Source: Antedon mediterranea
Lineage: Eukaryota; Animalia; Echinodermata
Length of the DNA stretch: 64,000 nt
Direction of reading: 5' to 3'
Assembly: GCF_964355755.1 (NCBI RefSeq)
Contig: NC_092670.1
Location: forward strand, 4,888,201-4,952,200
A program made the position numbers and the translations under genes. This document shows, piece by piece, positions 51,873 through 64,000 of this stretch. The notes under the pieces were generated by a model. It worked only from the letters and a program-made list of their open reading frames with translations, was not told the origin of the DNA and searched no databases. Positions within the stretch are counted from its first letter, which is position 1. The number at the start of each line of letters is the position of its first letter.

Positions 51873-51982
51873 GAGATATCGCAAAACGTGGAAACGGCAG
51901 GAGTGATCTAATGCGCTATCTTTACAGCGGTAAGATAGGTAAGGCTGCATCAACTATGGGACGCCAACCTGGCAGACGTTAA
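51873..51982 (+). CDS. Neuropeptide precursor, exon 3 (mature amidated peptide)
   Basis: Acceptor tatatttcAG; phase 1; reads (G)DIAKR-GNGRSDLMRYLYSGKIGKAASTMGRQP-GRR*: dibasic convertase site plus Gly-Arg-Arg amidation signal. AATAAA clusters at about 52334-52348, 52885 and 53111. Confidence 0.9.
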
Positions 51983-54314
51983 CGTTTGATATGCACATTG
52001 TGTTGAGGAGACGGTAATTTATCGGAGTTTCGTAGTTTTGTTTGGAAACCAAGCCTACTCTATCGACTGACCAGGAAACCGAGTTGTTTTGGCGCCAATA
52101 ATTGGGCAATAGCATGGTCAAAATAAGAAACGATAAGAGTTGATTGGATTAAATCTACAAAGATAAATCGGTAGAGTAAAGAGCAATCATTCTGGACGTA
52201 ATCAGGGGATTAATAATTATTTGTTCGTTCACCCCGCCTCTCCAGTGGCAGTTCGGAGACATTTTGTTGCCACAGACTCAATCAAACTTGGTTTAAGCAT
52301 AATAAGAGATATTATTTTTAACTAAAAACTGTAAATAAATAAATAAATGATCGTATAAACAAATAAATATGAACAGATGAAAATCAGTAATTTACATATT
52401 ATTATGATTTAAGTATCCACATGATTCTAGACGGCGATTCGATTTAGTATCGGTAAAAAGATAAATATTTTGGCCTAAATGGCGTTTCATAATTTATTTC
52501 GGTTATGGCTGGCTGGCGTACAGATAGAAAGAGGAAAATCTATGGAACGCCAGCCGCGCTAAAAACTGATTGGTGGATCCTATCGGTTGATATTTCAATT
52601 GCTAAATGTTGGTACTTAAGCTGAATTAAAAACATCGAGAAACAAACTGGTGGACAAGAACATCAAAATGACAATAACTAGAAACTTGGAACAAGTTTAC
52701 CAAACGGAACATGGAATGGAACACTCGGCGATGTAACGAAACGTGACCTAATCAATCTATTTGTTTCAGTTTCGCTTAATCACGTAAGCATGGTTGCCAT
52801 ACTTTCAAAATAATAATTAAAATGGTTGCGTAATTAATGCAATATGCATAGTGGTTGCACATCATCATTCAGTGTAGGTCAATCAATAAATAAATTATGG
52901 AATAATAATGTATTAACTTCCATTATTTAAATCATATTTAATAATCAACAATGATAAATGACGTAATTTCTCACCAAGTTTGATAGCAGATTAATCGTGT
53001 TGGACCGCCTAAACTTCTAAAACTCTCTAAATTATAGAATCGTGTTGAGACTTGATATTGCTTTGTTTTGATCTACAAGACTCCTTTCTGTTTTAATTTT
53101 GTGTGTGTTTAATAAAACAAATGCTTAAATATACAATGTCTTTGAGTGTTCTAACATCTAAATATAGCATTACACTAATGGCATCCAAATAAGGACACGC
53201 TATGAATTATGTAATAGTTTGTCGGTTACTCAGTGCTGATTTAGCACTAACGACAAGGGTAGTCTAATAACTGGAGCGGAATTTTCAAACGTTTCTACAA
53301 CAAGTCGTATTACTGCATCTCGAAACTCGATCATATTAATGCCAATTCTCATTTCTGTGTAATATGAAATAGATACAACAATTGCAGTTCATTATTTATT
53401 CACCATTAGCGACCATCGCTTACAGTCCTAACGAAGGACTAACCCATATTATTGTAGGTTGAGTTTTGATAGGTATGTGCTTATTTATTTTCTGTAGGCC
53501 TGACAATACAGAAATACACATACCAACATACACAGTTTATAGCACCGGAAGATATATTAATCCCATACACATTGTGTATTATAATGGATATTGTCCTATT
53601 AGTTAACCTCTACCTAATTCTTGTCTGGCACTATTGCTAACATTGCTGCTTCTTATTCTTATTATTATATCCACCACATAGCTCGTACTCTCTTAACTGA
53701 TTAATAACCCCCCCCCCCCCCCCCCGCCCTCCTCTGCTAGACATCAACAAATCCACATTTCAGACACCTCACAAACATAACCCACTTACTAAGAGCATCA
53801 CAACAAGTTTACAATCAGTCACATTATAAACTAATTTATTTATAGCATACTTCCAACATGGCACGACAATACTGCTAAACACAAACACAATCATACATAA
53901 TTCGGTTTAAATATTTAATATAATATGCCTAAAACAAAAATATAGTTCAATAATTTATTCGGACAATTCAATCAATATTTCCACGTTAAATGCCCACTGC
54001 GGCGTAGCATTCTCAACAGTGTCTCAACGTTCACTTGGTCCAATGTCCGCTATATGTTCACTGTTTTCTATTACACTGGACTTAAGCTCCTCTGACCATC
54101 AATGTAACACAACATGATATGCATTTTCTAGAGTAAGGTTTAAGGTTTAGCGTGAGAGTACATGATCAAATACACAGTAGTATACAAATAAATAGTATAC
54201 TGTACTTTTGTAGTAATCAGAAACTCTCGTCACTGTCTTAACTCTTACATTTCTCCATCAGTCAAAAACACAATCCTTCTTTCCATTTTCCCTGCAACAA
54301 TACTCTGCTTCACT

Positions 54315-54940
54315 CTGAGTTGAATCGCTTTAGTATAGATATAGCGGCAATAAGTGAGACAAGAATACCTGACGAATGATCCCTAAATGAGCAATCATAT
54401 GGACATTTTTGATAAAGGTAAATCTAAAGATGATGTTAGAAATCACGGAATAAGATTTGCAATCAAGAACTGCCTCCTATGTAAACTCCCAGATGTCCAA
54501 AATTCTATCAATGAAAGCCTCTTAAAACTTTCTTTAAGCCACAATCGACATACAAAGATCATTGTTCATATGCCCCAAACATGTTGAGCTTAGATGAGAG
54601 AAAGGAACAGTTCTATGATAAACTTGACTCAGTACTACAACATATGTCAACTAATGACAAGATAATTCTTCTGGGGGAAAAAATATTTGGAAGACATGGT
54701 GTCGGAAAGATGACTGACAATGGCATATTAATACAGTAACTGTGTGCAAAGCACGAACTTATTGACTAAACACGGTATGCAGGTAAGCAAACATAAGTAT
54801 AAACTCCATAGATGAATGAACTCTCGGTCGAGGCATCGGCATGATTAGTTGTGTCCGGCATAGTACGGAAATTCAGCATTAATGATGTTCTTATTAGAGA
54901 GTGTGTGGTGCTGAGTTGGGTGGACCACTAAATGTCTTGT
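54315..54940 (+). mobile_element. Decayed RTE-clade LINE, APE endonuclease domain
   Basis: Broken frames LNRFSIDIAAISETRIPDE*, GKSKDDVRNHGIRFAIKN, SINESLLKL, KEQFYDKLDSVL..DKIILLG and GRHGVGKMTDNG match the RTE/BovB endonuclease motif order. Confidence 0.88.
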
Positions 54941-56741
54941 TAATTGCTCAACCCTCTACTTAAAGATTCACCCAAATTATTGTCTTTGTTTATTTGTAAG
55001 GATGATCAAATTCTCATTATTTTAACATTTTCTTTTTAATAATAAGAAAGTAAAAATAACTAGAGATAATATGTTCAAAAGAACATAAACCCAGTCAGTG
55101 GAATGTGTGACCTTTGACCCCTACGCTTTAACAACTCCGTGAATTTAATTACTGATCATTCGAGTTAAAATAACTATAGTGAGACATTTAATGAACAGGC
55201 AAACTGCCTTAAAATGTGACATGTTTCGAGAAACTATTCTCATCATCGGTATAGAAAACAACGCCTAAAGTACTTATATTACCAATAGGACAGGTTGTAT
55301 GTAAATGAAGAAGTAATTCGCATGATAAAACAACAAGGAACGGAAAGGAATTACTGATCAAGTTTGAATATGCGAATATACTTCTGTATGCCAGAAGCAG
55401 ATAGATGGCGGTGTTCATGATTTTCATATTATACACCGTATGGTTGTCAAAAGTTAAACATCAACATGAAAATAGTAAAGTTGTTGATGGTATTAAGATA
55501 TTATGTCAATACAACAATTTTTTTTTTATTTATTCGGTGTATAAAAATATATTAAAAACCGAAAGTCAAGGACTGAAATGAATTAGTTAAAATTGCTATA
55601 AAAATAGAAACATCTAATTTAACATTTAATTAAAATTAAATATCGTACCATGAAATTAGAAAACATACATGAATAAAAAACCTCAAAACATTCACTTATT
55701 AGATATCTAAAAAATACTGGGGTACCAAATTACAACAAGGAACCAAACAAGGCCCATAGATTAACGGGAAAAAAGAGCTAGTGGTGCCTATTAATTATAT
55801 CCACCATGATCTCTTTTCCTAACTTTCCTTTATTTGGATATGCAACATGCACAACAGATATGCGAATATAGCCTACTGCGAAATGGCCTATTCAAAGTCA
55901 TCAAGAGCAATACCAAGTAGTATTAAAGCAAAACTCATCAATACCAGCTTCGTGGGACTGGAAACATTATTCGTATGGATAATTCTAAAATACCAAGTGT
56001 TATATTGAGCTGAAACAAGGCAAACAAAATAGAGAAAGACCACGAAAATGATATAAAGATACATTAAGATGATCCATCAATATGATTTAGCATCACCTCA
56101 ATCAACGTTTATCTAGTAAATAATAATAAAGAAATAATAAACCAATTAGTTAAAAAAGTTATATTCCTAATAATGAAGATTGAATAGTGCAATATCCGCA
56201 ATAGCGCTCATGGCGCTGTTGACTTAGATGTTGGACACCTTTCCAACAGTATTCTTCTCCCCTTAGGGCCACGCCATGTCGTCGGCTGCCAACTACGGCG
56301 CCATCACGTCTGTCCACGACAGTGGCTGCATTTGCTAGTAATCCCCTACTTTTCGAAGAAGGTTCTTTAAAGTGCATTATTGTGTACACTAGACCTGCGA
56401 ATTATATTCTTTATCCGGGAACCAGAACCATCGAGAGTCTCGAACCCTCTAAGATAGAAACATATACGACGGTTTATTTTTACAAATATACACGAATTTC
56501 GTATCTATTTTACAAATACAGATTTTCTATAATATCTTTATACAATTTCCCAAAGCATTGAATACTAATTATAGGGTAGCCGATCTGCGAACATTGGCCG
56601 AAACGTCCCATTGATCGAAACGTCCTTCTACAATCTACGATGCTCAAGTTTACCCTAATTATGATTCCGGGAGTAATCGTCTACACTTACTATAATCATA
56701 TTTCAACTTTAAAGTTAATGCTGATTATTCTGTCAGGAGCT

Positions 56742-56826
56742 GACATCGCCATCTACCGGCGTTGACGTATGAATGCCAGCTGCAGATAGATGGCGGTGTT
56801 CATGATTTTCATAGTATACGCCGTAT
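56742..56826. repeat. Short repeat with paired CGCCATCTA/TAGATGGCG arms; right part duplicated at about 55387-55441
   Basis: gcagatagatggcggtgttcatgattttcata.tatac.ccgtat is present at both sites. Confidence 0.6.
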
Positions 56827-58265
56827 ACAATTGAAATAATATAATATTACCACGACAAACGTATTATTGTTTATGTTCTGTTTAAAAAATACTTCTAGGT
56901 ATATATGGAAGGTTGCAATTAAATTTAAAGGTCTAATGTAATTCTAAAAAACCAAAAAGATTGTGTAGTCTAAGAAATTGGAGACGGAAGAGGCTAAAGA
57001 TAATACTGCCATCTATAAATTTGTTTTAAAAGGAAATACTTATAGAGGGCAGTATTATTTTATCACCAAACTTGCTTTGCAAATTTCAAACCGACATTTT
57101 TTTTTGGGGGGGGGGGGGGGGATTAAAATATTCAATAAAATAGTATGCACTGGTCAATTATTATTATTATTATTATTATTATTTTTAAAATAAAAAATAA
57201 AAAAACAGTCAATGTTTTGTAGATCTAAGAGCATGAAGTGAAATGTAAATTATGTATAAAATATAATGTATTTACATGTACAGTATCCAAATAATGGTTT
57301 ATTATTAGTGACGAATTAGCAAATTACACTTGTTTTATGTGCTTTTACAGGCAACATCAGGAAGATTTAAAATTTGAAGGGTAATTTCGAAAATGTAATG
57401 AATCAACTAATCTAAACGTATAAGTAACCAGCATATTACAATTTACCTAATGTTAATCAACCATCATTATATAAAAATTAGTCTATTATTGTGCATTACA
57501 ACAATAAGGTAATTTTAGTAAAAGAATGATCTAAAATCAGTTAATGTTTGCAAATGTACTTTTACAAGTCGTTAACGCCAATATAAGTCTGATTTAACGT
57601 AAAGCTCAGGTACAGGCCTAGCTGAATTTTAAATATAATATTTGGTTAATTGTACATAAATAAAATATTTGTAACAGAAATCAAGACAAAAAAACATGAA
57701 TTTCCCTTAATATGGTCAAATACAAAATTTGGCAAAATTCTGCCATAAAAACCAGGAAGACTTTTTTCAGTAGTTAGGTAGTTTAACCTAATGTCTAACA
57801 TCTCTGGTGACTCCATAGAAGGTGAAAAAATTTAGATAATTTTGGCTATAGCATGAAAATAAAAATCTGAAGTTGAATAAAAATACCAGAAATGTAAAAT
57901 TCAAGTTATATTACCTATATTTAGTCATCTGACCACACCGTTTACTTTTCATAGCTTTTTTAAAATGCCTCTCTATTTACAAAACTTGTGTACAAAAGAA
58001 TAGAGATTTTACTGTGTAATTTGAACTATTCCCCAACTGATAAGAAAGTCCTTATTTTAAACAAGCTCGTGTAACACAAAAATAAAATCCCAAAAATTAT
58101 GAAACAGAGGGGAAACTATAGATCGATAATTATTGGAATGTATGATCAATAGAAGTTTTTTGTCCGCACCTGGCCTTTTAAGGGACTTAGGATTCAGAAG
58201 TTAAACGGTTTGGTTGGCTGTGTGTTTTTTAAAACTTTTTTCGATAAATAAAAGATAGTGTCAGA

Positions 58266-58299
58266 CCAGGGAGGAATAAAATTATACCTCCTTCCCTGG
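58266..58299. mobile_element. 34-bp hairpin insertion with 5-bp direct repeats
   Basis: TCAGA-CCAGGGAGG..CCTCCTTCCCTGG-TCAGA. Confidence 0.45.
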
Positions 58300-58772
58300 T
58301 CAGAAGTTACAAAAACGGATATATTAACTTATGAAAATTGTTTAAAGAAGGATCTCTTGTTATTGTAAAATAATTGAAAAATAAGAAAAAAAAACAATAA
58401 AAAGGCAATTTAAGAAAAGAAAGTAAAACAAACGGGTATTTACGAGTGGAGGTGTTTTTTGTCATGATATTTGATATAAACACAGATCCCTGGTATTGGT
58501 AGTCAAGCAATCTTAACCCCAAATCTACAATGCTTATAACCGACGACAACATTAATTTGCAGAGCAGGCTTAGTAAATTTCACATTCAATTATGCTTTGC
58601 ATCAATCACATGACTTTTGGATAAGTGACATATTCATTTAATCATTTACAGACTGTAGTTTAGGAGTTCACAGTAACTTATTCTTTTTTTTATCAGTCAC
58701 ATAACCGTTTTAGAAAAATAAGTAACCGATAGTTTAGGACACAATATAAATAAGGCACATTTGGCATACCAT

Positions 58773-58818
58773 AGACGCGACCGATTCGAAACGCGACCGA
58801 TTTCAAACGCGACCGAAA
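58773..58818 (+). repeat. Short tandem repeat, 3 units of about 16-17 bp
   Basis: ACGCGACCGA occurs three times with short spacers. Confidence 0.75.
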
Positions 58819-61198
58819 TGATCTTTAACCCAATCATCTGAAACTTAAATACTTTTTCTGGATCTATGTTTGCCTTGTTGAATAGTAGTGGCTTACCACA
58901 TTACTTTTCATTACATTCACTGATAATACATGCAATTTACTTATCTTAAATCTAAATGTATTTTAATGATAAGTTAATAGCCTATATCTTTAGGAAACTC
59001 CGATTGAATACCAATATCACTAGTTCTTAAAACTCACAAGAGAACAGTGTTAATGAATAGATAATTCTGATGAATAAATTGGCGCCTTTTCGACGCATGC
59101 TATTATGTCGTCTAATTTCACGCCTGAATCACAGCAGCTTCAATTGTAATCATATTAAACAAACTGGTATGTTTTAATATAGGAAATCACTGTTTCAAAT
59201 TGTTTCAGCGTTGGTTTTAAAGTTTATTATAGGTTAACATTCATTATTGGTTAATTTGAAGAAAAAAACTAATTAAAACGATTGCTTTAGCATAGGATAA
59301 GATACCGGATAATCCAGAGATTAAATAGTATTTGAGATGAATTATTTAATCATGGTATATAACATATCTCTTAAGCTTCTTCCAATATCTGCTGTTTTCC
59401 TCATCATCAACATAACAAAAATGTAATGATTGTCCATGGAATAAGGTATTTGATGTGACGTTGACGATATCGTAAGCTATATTAACATCAACTATTATTA
59501 TATTGAAAAGAAACGTCAAATAAATCTCCTGTTTCTTTGTCTACGAAAGATGTACCCTGAATGCAAGAGAAAACTTGAAGCTACGTGGCGTTAACATGGG
59601 AGATGGAAATAACTACTAACATTATGACAATAATGGTTTAGAGATTACATGGGAACAATAAATATCAGTTCTTAATATAAGTTTTAATTACAAATTAGTA
59701 AGATAACCTACTTTTGCTAAAATAGATTCTTCAAACTCGACGTCAGTTTCTTATTGTGTGTGGTTAATCACGCGTCCAGCGTACACATCCAATTAATTGT
59801 CTCTGTTATTGTAGACCTAGGCCTCCTTTCTTATACTAAGACGTCGTACGTACATGTCCATTATTTAGGGTGAAATGATAATATATAGAAAGAAAAATGT
59901 AGAAAATGGATTTTCCACAAAAACTAATAAATACTGTGATTAGGCCTACCACGTTACGATATGGAGTTTTGTTTGATTCTGTTTTCTTTTAAATTTTGTA
60001 TACAGAATAATACATCAAGAAGTTGGAATTGGAAACAACACTGATTTTATTTAAATGTATGTTTTACTGCATACTTTTTATAAAGACAGTGAGAAATATC
60101 TGTTTTGTAATGAAATTTCACTACAAATCACGTTTCCTTACAGTATATGGGATATTACAAGACACATGCTAGGACGTTGATTGGTAATTACGCATCGCGT
60201 GCAGTTGAACGAATTTTTGTAAACGTGTTGATACTTTTCTGTTACGCGAGGCCTGTGTATAACACGAGGCCTGTAAATAAATGTTCTATACTTCTAATTC
60301 TAGTCTAAGAAGGATAGATGGCAATTTGTCCCCTTTCGGGTTGTGATAACTCAACCCCCCCCCCCCCACCCCCGCCTTCTGCTACCGGACTATTCCTGTT
60401 GTCCAAAATAGGAGCGCTGCCTATGAATGGAATGCTTACTTGCAAGTATACTATAACAACATCTTTACAATGTTATAAAATATGGAGAAGTATGAAATGA
60501 TGAACGGATGCTTCTATTTAAAATATTGTTTCAATTAAAATCAGATAATTAGTAAAACATTCTTATTAACAATATTATCCTTGAGAATAAGTAAGGTAAA
60601 TACTCGTTGATTAACAATCAGCTTACAATCTATGGTTTGCTGAACACAATTATAAAGTGCGTAGCTCAGGGACGGCAAGTTTACGTTTTCTGCGCATTCA
60701 AAGTAATCTTTTATCATCTGAATACGGATATCCGTTTTGCTGTAAACAAGTACTCACGACTCTTATAGATAAACATTTCCTATCTACACAACAAATAATA
60801 TTACCTTATTATTTGTACATGAAATAATTAGGCCTACATCGATAAATCATGCTTATCATTCACAATAATAATCAAATGAAGGTATTGAACTTTATTATGC
60901 AATATGTACCAAGATAAGAAATATAATTATGCAACCATTTGAAGATGATATTCATTCATTCATTTCCTCGGATAGTAATTCCATACAAAAATCATACAAA
61001 AAACAAAAACAAAAAGAGCAAAAATGTCACCAAGAAATTAACAATATAAACAACTTCCACAAAACCAACCCTACAATATCCTAAAAATATTAATTTGCAT
61101 CAGCGATGATGTATCTGTTGGTGAAAATGTTACCCATTTTTATCACAACTGGAAAATGCAACCATAAACAGGAACGGCATTAGTAAATGTTTATAACA

Positions 61199-61326
61199 AT
61201 CGGTCTACACTATCAAGTTTGACAAAAACAAATGTGTTGTGCCCAAATATACGGTACCGTAGTAATATGACGTCATCAAGTCAATTTATGGGCACATTCT
61301 TTGTCATATAAAGTTTGATAGTGAGA
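61199..61326. mobile_element. MITE family B copy
   Basis: TCGGTCTACACTATCAA ... AAAGTTTGATAGTG; internal sequence in opposite orientation to the 41367 copy. Confidence 0.75.
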
Positions 61327-64000
61327 ACTAACCAACTCTATTGCGCATGCGTGCAACTAAAGGGTAGTTACGCCGTAAAATGCCTAGGGTTTTAATTAAA
61401 AAGTCGCTATCCAATATTATTTGAAAATTACCATGAAAATCTTAATGATGGTAGGACGTCTGTCTAATTATTAATCAGAGGGTTCCTGGTTAGAATCTTG
61501 GTCTGGACGATTAATGATTTTCAAATACTGATTTACGACAATCAACAAATTTATTGCAAATGAACATAACCTTTAACTAGTAAATTGTTTATAACTAATA
61601 AAATGGAAATGTATACAGTAATTTCCTGCCATAAATATGTTTTCAGGTAAGAAGGTTAATTGTGCAAATACTGTTAAGTTACCGTATTAATTATGTTTTG
61701 ATATAAAATATAGGCCTATGTATAAAAAATACATAATAACAAATGTTTCTTCACATGACAATGAGAGACAAGACATTTGTCCTATAAATATCACTATAAT
61801 CAGATTTTAATGTTATGTGTAACAACATTTATAAATGTAATGTATGAATCTGGGAAATACAAAGTTTTCGTTTAGTGCTCATTGAAAATTTTACCATTTT
61901 AAACAAACGATCCGATCCTATACACCCAACCTGCCCATTTCGCCAAACTAACCAGAATAAATCACGGTTAATCTCTCTGTATATAATTACTATAAAAACG
62001 TTTCTTTTCTCTGAATTGCAGAGAACTTGAAGATGTTCCCGTCAAATTACTGTCAACCTCTCACTACTGTAGTTATAATAATGACCTGTCGTCAAAAAGA
62101 TGCCCATAAACATCTGAATAACTGATTTATCATTACTAAACGTCATGTGCACATCTACAGATATCCATCTGCTTACCAAGATTGGTAGAAATTCTGTAGA
62201 AGGATATTAATGACATTCATAGGGCGGATCACACAATCAGTATTTAATATTATGTATTATGAATCTGACGTGTGACACCAAGGATAACCCACTAAGTTCT
62301 TCGGTAATTGTTTACGATGGGGTTCTTCTGGTGTTTAATTGGGTAGTACACCAGGAGGCTGAGAGTGTACGGCTCGTTGGAGCACACGAAGAGGAACCGA
62401 TGAGATTCGAACCCTGGACCACCAAAGGAAACTATAATATTTCACGGATAAACGTACAACATAGTAGCTACATACCAAATGGAAACATTTAAAAATAAAA
62501 TTCGTATTAAGATTAAAAATCAATCGATGGAGAAATCGATGGAGAAGAAGAAAAAAGAACAAAAATATACGAGCAAATTAAGAAGGAAGATTAAAAGGGG
62601 TAATGAGTAGAGTCAAGCGATCAAACAAAGACTAGAAGAAGGAAAAGGTGAATAAGTAGAATAAAATAATAATAACAGACATGAGATACTTTAGTAGACA
62701 AAATGATGAGAAGCAAAATGTGAAAAAACAAACAGAAAATATAGACTTAATAGAAGCGGAAAAAAATTATGTAGAAGAAACAATAAGACGAACATCAGAA
62801 ATATAGTAACACTAAAACTAAATAGCAAGGAATACACTAACATGATATTAACATGCATAATGTAAGTAGTTAATGTGTGACATAAACAAAACGGCTGAAT
62901 AAAATATATATCTTAAAATAATCACTCTCGAAGTGAAATTTTCTTTTTGACTGATGTTATTTGGAAAACTTTTAAAGAGTCTAATCAAGGCATTCTATCC
63001 CGGAATTATCATTTAAAAAAACGTTTTTATATGTAATTCGCAATTTATTTATTGCATTATCGATAAGGCATACAATCTTCCCAAGGCAGTGATTCATTTT
63101 TATTATTTTTGCTAATAAAGTCGAATTTTGATTAGATTGGTTTTGGTGTGGATTAATCTATTACACGTGTTATTTTTTTAATCGAATACAATATATTTAA
63201 TATAAACTAAGATCGTCGGCTTTGTACATTTCACAACTAATTTCATATGGTAATGGCATGTAGATGAGCCCCATTAGTTATCGTGTCTTAGAAGTGATCT
63301 GGGGATTGCATTTAATTTGAAAACCATAAGTCAACAAAGATTGTGATGAATATTGCTATCAGCAAGTATATGAAACGATGCCAACGATTTGTTACTGGAT
63401 ATGTGTCTGCTAAGAAGTTTTTTTGATACGCAGCATCTGATTGGTCACTATCAGCAATAGTTATCATCCAATGGGGATTTGTTTCTAGCGTTGGTGTTGA
63501 TGGTAGTGGATAACTCCCACGGGTTTTTCGTCTCAAAGTAATTAGTCTTCACATACAGTCGTCTCAGAAGGATTACAATGACGTGTCCCGATGATAATTA
63601 ACGCAAGGGTCAGAGAATACTCAGGGGATTGGCTGAATTCGCTTAAATACAGCACCAGTTGATGTGTTAGGCAATCAATAGAGTTCTAGTCAACAAGCGA
63701 AACAGACGAAAAGTCAGCCCAAGGAAATAACAAGTAAATCAACAAAAAAGGTAAGTGGCATAACTGTTTGTTTAAAGTGGCATCTTTCAAACGTAGATTA
63801 ACACCCTAGCATTTCTTGAATTACAGAAAAACTATTAGCATACGGTAAAAATTAAAAAATAAGCCTACAGTATAAAATTCAGGGCTTTTTCAAAACAAAG
63901 TCTAGTTATAGTATAGTGCTTTATGTTAACTCATAATAATAAACCGCTTTCTTGTGTTGCTTTCATTTTTAAAAGGATCCTCATCCGATTAACTATAAGC

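Noticed and set aside
56595-56627. ggccgaaacgtcc as a hammerhead 3' half
   Set aside because: No upstream CTGANGA; the motif is tandemly repeated like a transposon subterminal repeat.
53708-60376. Poly-C/poly-G runs (53708-53725, 57105-57121, 60355-60373) and the resulting polyproline/polyglycine ORFs
   Set aside because: Simple homopolymers, unlike the synonymously varied Pro codons in the real exon at 6581-6687.

Overview
AT-rich eukaryotic (metazoan) genomic DNA with GT-AG introns. It is probably from a marine invertebrate; echinoderm-like is an inference from repeat content only. Most entries in the ORF track are spurious. Three spliced genes can be reconstructed by hand with consistent intron phases. 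(1) The last three exons of a receptor-type protein tyrosine phosphatase with a D2-like domain (+, 1-630). (2) A 4-exon minus-strand gene (14773->6581) for a 146-aa single-pass membrane protein ending in a polyproline tract that resembles the ColQ/PRiMA PRAD. (3) A 3-exon plus-strand neuropeptide precursor gene (43114->51982, 118 aa): signal peptide, acidic spacer, then KR-GNGRSDLMRYLYSGKIGKAASTMGRQP-GRR, with a candidate CRE/X-box/TATA promoter. The rest is intron/intergenic DNA rich in non-autonomous elements: Harbinger-like and Kolobok-like MITEs, Helentron-associated HINEs, tRNA-derived SINEs, RTE LINE fragments, a Penelope-like fragment with a minimal hammerhead motif, and three minisatellites. 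TAGGCCTA and related TA-N3/4-TA words are strongly over-represented. Two occur as insertions at a TA relative to sister repeat copies, which suggests transposon excision footprints.
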